Shown: one piece after another, positions 19,252-29,716 of the stretch
How positions within the stretch are numbered: position 1 is the stretch's first letter
Layout of the letters: each line of letters opens with the position of its first letter
Source of the DNA: Paramicrosporidium saccamoebae KSL3
Lineage: Eukaryota; Fungi; Cryptomycota
NCBI GenBank assembly: GCA_002794465.1
Contig: MTSL01000117.1
Location: 3,135-35,134 of the forward strand
Reading direction: 5' to 3'
Length of the DNA stretch: 32,000 nt
Program-made: the position numbers and the translations under genes
Notes under the pieces: generated by a model
The model's input: the letters and a program-made list of their open reading frames with translations, nothing else
Database searches by the model: none
Told to the model about the DNA's origin: nothing

Positions 19252-19307
19252 ATTGGGTTGCACTTCTCGCTGATTGGGTTGCATCCCCTACCGATTGGAT
19301 TGTTGCA
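19252..19307 (-). promoter_or_regulatory. Three TGCAAC(N0-3)CCAAT boxes at exact 21-bp spacing upstream of P2
   Basis: ATTGG starts at 19252, 19273 and 19294 on the + strand, each followed by (G/ATT)GTTGCA. Confidence 0.55.
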
Positions 19308-19371
19308 ATTTCGACCAATAAATAGTGGTTTATTATTCTTGTTTGAGCCGACCAACCATACACTTGCATTA

Positions 19372-20528
19372 TTAATCCTTCTTGGCACGACGTTTGGCAG
19401 GAGAGGAACGTCCACCTTTTGAAGCAATCTTACTGGTTCCGTCATCGTCGCTCTCCTCTTCGTCATATACTTCCTCCTCCACTGCCGCTGGCTCAGTGGT
19501 GAACGCAAAAATTTCCTTCAGCTCTCCACGAACGATTGCTGTGAGCAGTACAGACAAGATTCCAGCTGGGCTTAGATACAGCAGAGCAGGCTGAGCCGCC
19601 TTGTAAATGTGCATAACTGCCATAGTCGTAAGCAATCCCAAAATATAAAACACGAGGGCCGTGGTAAAATATGGGCTGCGATTCTTTGCGATCCTTTTGC
19701 TCGCAATGAGGTGGTGATCAAACTTTAGGCAGAGCGCGATAAAGACACCAGGAATGACGATATCGCCTAGACCGAGCATGGAAAATCCAGAATTGGGCGA
19801 AGAAATGATATCGCGTGGGAACAACACCTTGACTGGCACATCAAACGACTTTGCTACACTGACCATTACATCGGTACCAAAGACCCAGAAAATGTCATAG
19901 ACAAACAAGCCAGCCAGGAGTATCATTCCAGTAACAAAGGTGTCGAGCTGGATGAGGGAGATGGCGCTGATAGAGAATGCCTCACCAAAGATATTGCTTG
20001 CAATCCAGTTTTTGGTGTAGACATAGTAAGCCGTGAGAGCCAGACTGACTACGCCCATGGCCCCGTGCAACCAGGTGAGCTTAGTGTCCAAGAGTATCCC
20101 TATCAATGAACCATTGACCATTACAAGCTTACCATCCTTCTTGCGCTCAACCACAACGTGATAGTAGTCGAACATGTACCATTTCTTGGGCAGCGCCATT
20201 GAGGCCATTCCAACGAGCATTTTGGCCACGGAGAAGGCTCCAAATGCACCAAAGTACGCCGTCAGCAAGTAGTTAATGTACTCTTTGGAGAAGTAGTTGA
20301 ATAAGAGATAGAATCCAAAGAGCACACAGGAGCCAATAACTGGGAACCAGTAGGCATCTGACTGGGAAAGTCGTTCGGCACCGGGTTTCTGCAGGGTTAG
20401 CCAGCTAATACGGATACCTCGCTCTCTTCAACAGACAACTTGCTACCAAAGTAGATCGGCACAACTGCCATGGTCATGAGACCGGCATAAGCGATGAAAA
20501 TTGGGTCAAACGGGAGTTGTACTACCAT
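19372..20528 (-). CDS. SPP: Signal peptide peptidase (GxGD intramembrane aspartyl protease, family A22B); intron 20389-20417, probable in-frame intron 20100-20132
   Basis: Catalytic FVYDIFWVFGT and MLGLGDIVIPG, QPALLYL motif, multiple TM segments; upstream exon MVVQLPFDPIFIAYAGLMTMAVVPIYFGS. Confidence 0.93.
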
Positions 20529-20682
20529 TTCCTAAATTTGACTTGGAGTTAAACCGTAATCCATTTCCCCTTAATACCCGTAGTTCGCCCAATTGGACCA
20601 GATCATCGGATGGCCAGAACCAATCGTTTGGCGGCATAAATTATGATCAAAAAACGAGCTCTGGGAAAGCCACCACCCGTCA

Positions 20683-22821
20683 ATGTATCACGGATACGCG
20701 GTTGTTCTTGCCGGCCTTGTGGCCAGTGCAACGGCAAAGATTAATGTATCAGCGGAACAGGAGCAATTTAACACTCATCCCCAAGACATTGCATTCTTGT
20801 CTCTATTTTATGGAAAGTATGCTTTCCAGCAGCACACTCCGGCTTTATTTAAAGGGATGGAAATGCGTACATTTTCAAAGTTTCTGAAAGAGCGTCCTCA
20901 ATTCGTGCCGCTACTCACCTCCAAAGATATGGCCGCTCTCGATGATGCGAGAATGTGCCGCGCCCTCTCCCGCTTTGCAATGTCTCTTGCACCAGAAGCT
21001 TCTAGTGGAATATCAGCAGAGTGTCTCTTGGCGATTTTGAGATCGAGACACATGGATATAAATAAATGGGCCGTTGAAGCCCGTATAAAGCTGATTCCTG
21101 AACGGACATTCAAGACTGGAGGTCCCGAGCTATTAAAGCTACTCCGCACAGTTCTTCATCGTCTCTCTGAGTCTCAAATTCGCTCATTGCTATCCACAGC
21201 CTCCACCGCCCCCTCTATTCACCTCAACTGGCTGCTTAGACTAAACACTAAGCAGCTTGGAGTATTCTCTGCCGATCATTATGCTGAAATGCAAGGCTGG
21301 GATGCTCCGCATCTTGTTACTTCTCTGATTACTCGCCTGCCCGATTATACCTTTTCCAAGATTGACTTTTCTCTGCAAGCATCCTTGTTCGCCGCAATGA
21401 CCAAGGGCCAAGTGGAGAAATTTACCCACTGTCAGTACATGCGTCCCGACATGCTATCCCGTAACGCTCTCCCTGGCCTAAAGTCTGCTTGCTTCAAAGC
21501 CTATCTCGCTGGGTTGGATGGCAACCAGGACCAAATTCACGTATTGGGTCGGATGATTGTCTTTGCTGATGAGCAACTTCTTGAAAAGCTAAATGAAGAC
21601 GATGTCAAGTTGATCCATGCTGACGACTGGGTGCACTTTAGTGGCGAGCAGTTGCAACATCTACCAGCCGCATCTTGCGGTGGCATTGACAAAGATGCTC
21701 GCCCCGCCGATAACATGTTTTTCATCCCAACCCCCGTATGTTTCGGGAAGCTCAATCCACGCCATCAGCTGTCATTTCTCAAAAGACGCATATACGAACT
21801 CCCTCCCTCCACTCTTCGTCACGTTGATCGTGACTCTGTCGATGCCTGGCCCGAGAAAATGAAGACTCTGATCAAATTCCGGTTGCCTGGAAGCATGATC
21901 CAGCAACTTGGCGCAGACCTGGACAAGGAATCACACCCGTGCTCTTTGTTTTCCTGTCTTAATTGTGTCCGTAATAATCCGCTCCTCATGGCCAATATGG
22001 GACGACACTGTGCCAACGCCATCCCCTCTCGACTCTTGGAGAATGCCAATGTCTCCATATACCGCAAAATGCTCTCTGGTGTGTTTATAGCGCCGCCTGG
22101 CCTTCGACTAGAGAGTCTTCAGACTATGCACACAACAACCCAGACATCTCTCATTAAGGATGTTGAATTCTGTGCAGTTCTCTCCTATCCTGAGTTTGGC
22201 GCTTTGAAAAATGTTGCCAAACAATTTACTTCGGAATGCGTTCAAAAATTCTGCTTCCTGGAGCAGTTGAGGAAGGACGATATCGGAACCCTCCATGACA
22301 GAGCATTCTCTGCTTTTGATGCTGTAAGCTTCAAACTCATCTCAGATCCTTTCCACTTGACTGGCACCCAGTTCCATTTCCTCGGATCAGACTTGCCAAA
22401 TGACTCTGGTGCGAATCACCCGATAAACGCACTAGAAGGCGGAAAAGTTTCCCAGCTGCCCACCAACTACCTCGCACAATTTACTGCACAACATCTTGGA
22501 AACATGCGTCCTGTCCTCGTGGCCGCGCTGACGGCCGACCAGGTGAGTAAGCTTCCCGCCGAAGCATTCAGACGTCTCCCTGTAGAACAATTCAATGCCC
22601 TCCATAGTGAGGCATGCTCCGTAGAGCAATTGGAAAATTTGGGTGCTGATCTCTCCGAGGACACTGTGTACAAGCTCTCATCTGCCCAAATTACTCGTCT
22701 GGGTGGGAGTGCCAAGACGCTATTGATGAAGAATTCACGGCTGACTTCCAAGGCATTTGCTGCTGTACCGAGCTGGGCTGTTATGATGATGGCTGTCGGT
22801 TTCGCCGCCCTGCTCATTTAA
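20683..22821 (+). CDS. Large secreted, probably GPI-anchored octapeptide-repeat surface protein (P3)
   Basis: Signal peptide MYHGYAVVLAGLVASATA; several octad runs (LPTNYLAQ FTAQHLGN MRPVLVAA LTADQVSK LPAEAFRR LPVEQFNA); recurring LG(A/S)D...HP motif; hydrophobic C-terminus. Confidence 0.78.
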   Translation: MYHGYAVVLAGLVASATAKINVSAEQEQFNTHPQDIAFLSLFYGKYAFQQHTPALFKGMEMRTFSKFLKERPQFVPLLTSKDMAALDDARMCRALSRFAMSLAPEASSGISAECLLAILRSRHMDINKWAVEARIKLIPERTFKTGGPELLKLLRTVLHRLSESQIRSLLSTASTAPSIHLNWLLRLNTKQLGVFSADHYAEMQGWDAPHLVTSLITRLPDYTFSKIDFSLQASLFAAMTKGQVEKFTHCQYMRPDMLSRNALPGLKSACFKAYLAGLDGNQDQIHVLGRMIVFADEQLLEKLNEDDVKLIHADDWVHFSGEQLQHLPAASCGGIDKDARPADNMFFIPTPVCFGKLNPRHQLSFLKRRIYELPPSTLRHVDRDSVDAWPEKMKTLIKFRLPGSMIQQLGADLDKESHPCSLFSCLNCVRNNPLLMANMGRHCANAIPSRLLENANVSIYRKMLSGVFIAPPGLRLESLQTMHTTTQTSLIKDVEFCAVLSYPEFGALKNVAKQFTSECVQKFCFLEQLRKDDIGTLHDRAFSAFDAVSFKLISDPFHLTGTQFHFLGSDLPNDSGANHPINALEGGKVSQLPTNYLAQFTAQHLGNMRPVLVAALTADQVSKLPAEAFRRLPVEQFNALHSEACSVEQLENLGADLSEDTVYKLSSAQITRLGGSAKTLLMKNSRLTSKAFAAVPSWAVMMMAVGFAALLI

Positions 22822-22851
22822 GCATAATTTTATAAATCCATAAACTAAATC

Positions 22852-25073
22852 ATGCAGGCTACTAAGCAGGTCAAAAAGCTTGTCATAAAAAACTTTCGAG
22901 GTTTGCAGTCTGTTAGGTGTGACTTAATATTGTAGGTCAAAGACTTCCCGAAGACTTTGAGTCTTCGTCATGGTCGACCCTGCAGGCAGGCTTGAAGGAA
23001 ATATTCGCTGGACATGCAGACCGTGTCAGTATGGAAACACTTTATCGAACCTGTGAAAATGTGTGTCGCTGCCGTATGGCTCATCCCCTTTATTCAAAAC
23101 TCTATGCCGAGTGTGAGGCATTTGCTCAGAGCTACGGACCGCGTATCCAGCAAATTGAAGTTGGCGGACGCAAGGATGTCGAATTGCTTCGCCGTGTCAA
23201 TGACATTTGGACAGAGTACACGCAGCGCATCAAGGTGGTCTGTAATGTCTTTCTCTATCTCGATCGTGTTTTCGTCCTTAATCGTCCTGAACTTGCCTCT
23301 ATCTGGGACTTTGGCATGAATTTATTTCGTGTGCACGCCTTTAATGATGACTATGGCAAGAATTTACTACTTCCTGCACTTCTCAATACGATCACCAGCG
23401 ATCGACATTCTGAAATGTCCGAAGTAAGCACCTTGGTGGCAGATGTCTTTTCTATGCTAACGAGTCTAAAACTCATGGACGAGTGGGCAAATTCAAAGGT
23501 TGCTCAAGGGACTACTAGTTTCTATAGTGAGAAGGCAACCGAAAAGCTGGCCTCAATGGAAATGTCCGGCTATCTGGAGTATACTAGAGGAAGCATTGAC
23601 AGCGAAACTGTTCGCTATGAAAATTATGGACTTGATCGTCGTTTCTCGTCAGATCTTGTTAGAAGAGTTCAGGACGCTTTACTAGTTTCTCATCTGGACG
23701 AAATCCTGGAAAAGGGTCTCGAAGCTCTTGTCTTGGAAAAAAACTTTCGCACCTTGTCACTGTTATACATTCTCTGCGCTGAAACCGAGTCTCTGGAAAA
23801 GCTCCGAAATCACTGGCTATTGCTCGCCAAAAACAGGGGATCCGCACTGGTCAATGACACAAGCAAAGACGAACTGCTTATTGGGGAACTGGTTGATTTT
23901 AAGGACAATTTGAATTCCATCCTGGTAGATTCCTTCCAAGAAAATGTCCTATTTGCCGACGCCATCAAGGAAGCATTTGAATCGTTTATGAACAGTCGCC
24001 AAAGTCGTCCCGCTGAGCTTATTGCAAAGTATGCAGACTACCAATTGCGTGGCGACAAGGACATTTCTGATGAGCAGCTATCTCTGATTATGGACAAGAT
24101 TATAACAATTTTCAGATTCGTCCAAGGTAAGGATGTATTTGAGTCATTCTTTAAGAAGGGTCTGGCCAGACGTTTGCTAATGTCCCGCTCGACTTCGATT
24201 GAGGCAGAGAAGGATTTTGTGGCCAGATTAAAGCAGGAGTGTGGCTCGGCATTTACAAGCCGTCTTGAGGGAATGTTTAAAGACATGGAAACTTCCAAAG
24301 ATACCATGTATTCGTATTTGCATTCCACTGCATATGAAAAGAAGAACAGTAGAATAGAATTTAACACTGCCATTGTGACCACCGGACTGTGGCCATATCC
24401 GCCCCTGATCACGATGGCTCTTCCTGAAGCCATTACCAGGGAGCAAACCCAGTTTGAGGGCTTTTATCATGGACAACACAAGGGCCGCGTCCTCACTTGG
24501 CATCAAGGTTTGGGCCATTGCGTGATCAAGGCCAATTTTCCGCTTGGAGCAAAGGAATTACAAGTGTCCATCCCCCAAGCATCAGTCTTGCTGCAATTCA
24601 ATGACGACGAAGAACTGGACTATTCCGAGATTCGCAATCGCACCGAAATGGACGATGTAACTCTGGCGCGCACACTCCAGTCCCTCTCTTGTGGTAAAAT
24701 TGGCGTTTTAACAAAGTCGCCCCGCGGACGCGAAGTCTCAATTGCTGATCGCTTTTCATTCAATCGCGAATTCGCATCCAAGCATCAAAAGATCCGCATT
24801 AATGCCGGTTCTTCACGCGACACACCCGAGGAGCCTGCAATGATCTCTCCGGAAGCACCTTCAGATCTGCAGTATCAGATCGATGCTGCGATTGTGCGTT
24901 TATTGAAGGAGCATAAGAGTCTGGCAATGGAGAAGCTTGTGGGCCTAATTTCCCAACAGCTTGGCTGCAATATAACAATGACCGAGTTTAATCGCAGAAT
25001 GCCATCGTTGATTGAGCGCGAGTTTGTTGGACAAGATCCAGAGAGCCCCAATATTTATACTTATATTATCTAA
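22852..25073 (+). CDS. CUL4: Cullin-4 (intron 22901-22935)
   Basis: The spliced N-terminus contains KKLVIKNF (CUL4 signature); cullin motifs VFLYLDR, AELIAKY, GKDVFESFFKKGLARRLL, LKQECGSAFTSRLEGMFKDM; C-terminal QIDAAIVRLLK. Confidence 0.92.
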
Positions 25074-25384
25074 ATGGATTCATCGTCAGACAGTCCTGTA
25101 ATCAATGGTTCAGCTTTTAATGAAAATAACTGCTTTAAACTGCTTGTAGTCACAAGAGTCTGGTGATGGGGAAGCTTGTGGAACTAATGTTTCAACAGCT
25201 TGGTTATAATGACCGGGTTTAATCGCAGAATGCCATCGTTAATTGAGCGCGAGTTTGTTAGACGAGATCCAGAGAGTCCCAATATTTGTACTTGTATTAT
25301 CTAAATGGATTCATCGTCAGAAACTCCTGCAATGAATACATCAGCTTCTAATGAAAATAGCTGCTTTAAACTAGTTGCAGCCTC
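24915..25384. repeat. Tandem duplication of the CUL4/BRF-like 3' junction (copy A 24915-25153, copy B 25154-25384)
   Basis: The copies align end to end with about 30 substitutions and one 8-bp deletion in copy B (hand count). Confidence 0.95.
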
Positions 25385-26488
25385 AATCTGCTCTTCAGAG
25401 ACATTGTGAAGCAGAAGCCGTTCGATAATAATGTCCTCGATCATGACGTTTTTGCTTTCACCACCATGTTCTATTGCCAAAGACAGTCTTTGCTTGGCCA
25501 TTTGGATTTGATCAGCCCGTCCTTTGGCCCTTTCAGTGCTTTTTTTGAACGAAGGCGGGGCCTTTCCTCCCGGCATGGTATATCTCCGATGCTTTAAAAC
25601 ATCCAAGGCCACGATGGCTATCTTGGTCCTCTTAAAATGCGACGTGCTTTCTTGCAAAAGGGGATTTCTCTTGGCATCCTCGATAAGGGCATCTTTGAGC
25701 TCATTAATCCGTTGTGTTGTAGTGTCATGTGCAACTCCCACCGCGTCGCAAGAAGTCTTGATTAGCAATTTCAACTCTGCAGACTTGCATTGCAAAAGAT
25801 TTAAAATCTCGAATGAAAGAATAAGGGCGGCCATTGAGATGGCTTCGCATTTCCGCCCCTCCACCAAAGAGTGGTCCTCGGCAAGTTTGCAAAGATCATT
25901 TGCCACAGAGAGGACTAGACTCGTATTTTCCACATTGCAGACATTGGACAGACTTCCTAGCTGTCTCTCAAGGAATAGCGCAGGGTCGTGGCTAACATTG
26001 GCATTGTTCCCCAGAATCTGCATGGTATACGGCCTCATCAAAGAAATGGCTGAGAATAGATCAACGGTGGATTCACCTATTGCCTGCGAAATGTCAGATA
26101 TTGAAACTGGGAGGGTTCCTGATCCTCTGCCTAGGAGATACAAAAGAGCTACTGCCGCACGACGTCCTGCTCGCCCCCTATTTACAACTTTATCGGCAAT
26201 GGCCCTGTCCAGCAGTGTGATTGTCCGTTCCCCCACCGATGACGGAATACTTAACAGTGTACAGATAGACTTGACCAGGTTATGCAAGGCTAGGCTATTA
26301 TAAGATACTGACTTTAGATGCACTCGTTGTGTATGGCCCAATTCCGCCCATAGTCGATTTCGGTCTTCGTCGTCCTTTAGCACTCCCTCCACCAGGGAAT
26401 CCTGAGATAGCACCAGACCACACTCTGTACAAACGATTACGTCGTCAGTCTTTGAACGTTTCCGATGCAGACATTCATTATCGGCCAT
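25301..26488 (-). CDS. TFIIB-related factor (BRF family, short BRF2-like length)
   Basis: N-terminal zinc ribbon (C-x-H...IVCTECGLVL), two cyclin-fold repeats (RGRAGRRAAVALLYL; GRKCEAISMAALILS), PPSF motif. Confidence 0.75.
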   Translation of the reverse strand: MADNECLHRKRSKTDDVIVCTECGLVLSQDSLVEGVLKDDEDRNRLWAELGHTQRVHLKSVSYNSLALHNLVKSICTLLSIPSSVGERTITLLDRAIADKVVNRGRAGRRAAVALLYLLGRGSGTLPVSISDISQAIGESTVDLFSAISLMRPYTMQILGNNANVSHDPALFLERQLGSLSNVCNVENTSLVLSVANDLCKLAEDHSLVEGRKCEAISMAALILSFEILNLLQCKSAELKLLIKTSCDAVGVAHDTTTQRINELKDALIEDAKRNPLLQESTSHFKRTKIAIVALDVLKHRRYTMPGGKAPPSFKKSTERAKGRADQIQMAKQRLSLAIEHGGESKNVMIEDIIIERLLLHNVSEEQIEAATSLKQLFSLEADVFIAGVSDDESI

Positions 26489-26538
26489 ATAGGCCTACCC
26501 TGCAACCGTGGCCAACCCTGGTCCTGCCTTAGTTCACT

Positions 26539-27226
26539 ATGGGTAAGTAGCCATTCCATCCCCATTCATCCATCCTCCTTCACCTCCCACACCTTTCCCC
26601 ATGACAGTATCTAACACCATATAGGCATTAGTCGTGACAGTCGCCACAAGCGATCGGCATCGGGAGCCAAGCGCGCCCACTACCGCAAGAAGCGCAAGTT
26701 TGAACTCGGTCGCCAACCGGCCAACACCAAGCTTGCCGGACCCAAGCGTGTCCATATCGTGCGCACCCGCGGTGGTAACTTTAAGCATCGCGCGCTCCGT
26801 CTTGACTCTGGCAACTTTTCGTGGGGAAGCGAGGCCGTCACCCGCAAGACTCGCGTTATCGATGTCGTCTACAACGCCAGCAACAATGAGTTGGTTCGCA
26901 CCAAGACCTTGGTGAAGAATGCCATTGTGCAGATTGATGCTACGCCGTTCCGTCAATGGTGGGAGTCTCACTATGGACAGGTATTGAGCAAGCGCAAGAC
27001 CGCCGAGACTGCTGAGGCAAAGAAGGTGTCGTCCAGTGTTGCCCGCAAGCACACTGACCGTACTGAGGATGCCAAGGTGGAGCAACACGTGAATGATCAG
27101 TTCAACACTGGCCGTCTGTACGCTGCCATCACTTCTCGCCCTGGACAGAGCGGACGTTGCGATGGGTATATTCTCGAGGGTAAGGAACTTGATTTCTACC
27201 TCAAGAAGATTAAGCATAAGAAGTAA
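26539..27226 (+). CDS. RPS8: 40S ribosomal protein S8/eS8 (exon 1 is ATGG; intron 26543-26624)
   Basis: Spliced [38 protein letters not shown]...[15 protein letters not shown]...[19 protein letters not shown]. The intron has GTAAGT, CTAAC and TAG. Confidence 0.98.
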
Positions 27227-27318
27227 CGGTCTTTATAAGAACCAGTTCTAAAATAATACACTTGTCTCATTCAAAGGCGCTATTGTTGGCATGGGTCTCT
27301 TGGCCCTGTCTTGTGTGT

Positions 27319-28587
27319 ATGACCAAGAACCAGGTCTCGGACGTACAGGCAGTTGTCCTTTGTGGGCCCGGACACCGACTGAGTCCACTGACGGATGAGG
27401 AGAAACTGCCCAAATGTATGCTAAACATTGCAAACCGTCCAATGCTCTACTATCCTCTGACATGGCTCATGCAGGCGGGCATTACGGATGTCATTGTGGT
27501 TGCCAGCACTACAGGTGGCCAACGACTGCAGAACTATCTGACCCGTATATTTGACGGTGGACGGGTGGAATTGGTGCTCCTTGAAGAGTATCGTGGTACC
27601 ATGGACGCTCTTCTTGCCGTAAAGTCAAGACTAAAGAATGATTTCATGGTCGTGTCTTGTGACTTGATCACAGACTTTCCAGTTGCCAAGTTTGTGGAAA
27701 GGTGCCGACTGAGCAGCGCCTTGGTTACGTCTCTTCTGGCCACACCCACCTGCATGTGCTTTGGCCAGCAGCCAAAAGAATCCACAGAGCCCAAGCATCG
27801 GCTCTTAGACGGTAACATTTCACGTGTGGCCATTTATTGAATAGAAGGTGGAATAGTTGTCGGATTAGATGGAGGGAAGGAGAGGACACTCACATGGATG
27901 CATCAGGACGACATTGAAGAAGGAAACATGACATTTTCAATGGCACTCTTGACGAGATATCCAAATGTTCATCTGTACACTGATCTCAGCGATATGCACT
28001 GCTATTTATTCAGACGTGAGATTTTCGAAAAGGAAGAGATGATGCACAAACTGTTCTCAATCCGGGAAGAATTCATCCCCAAGCTTGTTAAACGTCAATT
28101 TGGTGTGGAGGATTATCATCGCTGTGAAGTACTCACTGCCGACTCGGGGTATTGCTTACGGGCAAACACCCTGAGTAGCCTTGCAGAATGCGGCAAACAG
28201 CTCGCCAGGATTATGGGATCAAATGGAACTCGTCTAGTGTCCCAAGCGGCAGAGATTGGACAAAAGACGCAGATTGGAAATGACTCGTTGATCGGCGACC
28301 AGAGCAAAGTGGGTGACAAGTCTTCTGTGAAGCGATCCACAGTGGGGAACTATGTTCACATTGGAAATAATGTCAAGATTAGCAACTCCATCATCATGGA
28401 CTATGCCCAGATTGAGGATGGAGTCAAATTGGAGGGTTGTATTGTTGGATATAAGGCTACCATTGGCGAGAAGTGCTACTTGAAAGATTGTGATGTTGGC
28501 TGCGAGTATGTGGTCGAAAGAGACACTACTCTGAAGGGCGAGTTGATGGGATGCAGCCGCGAAATGTTTATCGATCACAAAGAGTAG
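27319..28587 (+). CDS. GCD1: Translation initiation factor eIF2B gamma subunit (intron 27812-27844)
   Basis: QAVVLCGPGHRLSPL, LPKCMLNIANRPMLYYPLTWL, VVSCDLITD (nucleotidyltransferase-like fold) and C-terminal hexapeptide left-handed beta-helix repeats. Confidence 0.88.
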
Positions 28588-28627
28588 AGAATAAACTATT
28601 GCTTAATTACATGATCTATGACACGTA

Positions 28628-29489
28628 TTAAGAGTTGATGAGTTCATCAAGCTCTGCCAAGTGTCTATCTAAGTCGTCGTCATCCGTAGGTACAGTAGTA
28701 GTTGCAGTAGCGGGTGCAGTAGTGGGTACAGTAGCGGCTGTAGTGGGTGTAACGAGTGTGGCGGTTGCAGTGGATCTAGTGAGTGGTTTATCCGTAGTTA
28801 CTGCTGCTGGTTCAGGTATAACGGTCGCTAACGGCTCGGCCGGAGGAGTTGTTGTCGTTGGCTTGGATGCCACATTAAGAGGTAGTGCTGATGCCCGCGC
28901 GGAATTGATTACTGGCTCCAATTTGGTTTGCACATTACTCACTTGGCCTACTGGGATCTCTTGATCCAGCTTTCTCCTCTTTTCTCTCATAATTTCTTCA
29001 AAAGTTTTCACTTCAAAATCCATAGACTTTGCTTCTTCTGTTCGTTTTGTAGGCTGCGGGGACCTGTTTGGAGAAATTGAATGGGTCGTCCTCTCTGCAC
29101 TGTTTGGCTGTCTTGATGTTACGGGCTGGTGCACTGCTGTGTTCTTAACCTGCTCTGTCTTCCGTTCCCTTGACTGAGGGGCCAGAGACCTGGCTGACGC
29201 ACCTTCAGTGGTAGCGGCGTGTTTAAACGGACAGTTGGGCTTTAAGCATCCGCCGTTTGCCTCCCAGTAACATGCGATATCTTTTCGACTTTTGATTTCA
29301 AAGACTGAATGACGCATGGGACACTCGCGGTCCTGACAACCAGCCTGACCCGCCCATTTGGGACATATGGCAACACTGGTCTTGGCTGCTTCGCAGTGAC
29401 GGAAAGGACATTGAGGGCCCTATTGATGAGCATGGAAAAATAGGGACCTTGGCGCAACTAGCTGTCATAAAGAAGTAGCAGTCTTCCAT
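28628..29489 (-). CDS. ZC3H11-like CCCH zinc finger protein (intron 29420-29447)
   Basis: Spliced [26 protein letters not shown]...CPKW...C...CPMRH...IACYWEANGGCLKPNCPFKH matches the three ZC3H11 fingers; Thr/Pro/Ala-rich tail. Confidence 0.82.
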
Positions 29490-29716
29490 AGTGAGACTTT
29501 AACCCACCCATGTGACTCTTAATGCACTTAGATACGACTAGACCTTATGAACATGTAGTCCTCAATCTCTCACCTCTAACGCCTGACGTCTAGGCTAAAA
29601 TCTTTAGATAAGAATCTCCAGCATTCGGTATCTCGATTATAGTCGCACGTAGAATTACATCCTATCAGGTATCAGAGATTACTGTCACAAGCCACGGGTC
29701 GGGGTTCGGTGATAAA

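Noticed and set aside
26543-26624. snoRNA hosted in the long RPS8 intron
   Set aside because: No C/D box pair (RUGAUGA/CUGA) or H/ACA hairpins are visible, and the C/T-rich sequence cannot form stems.
28680-28870. Thr/Ala/Pro-rich repeat-like stretch in the ZC3H11-like gene
   Set aside because: Ordinary low-complexity linker without a regular unit.
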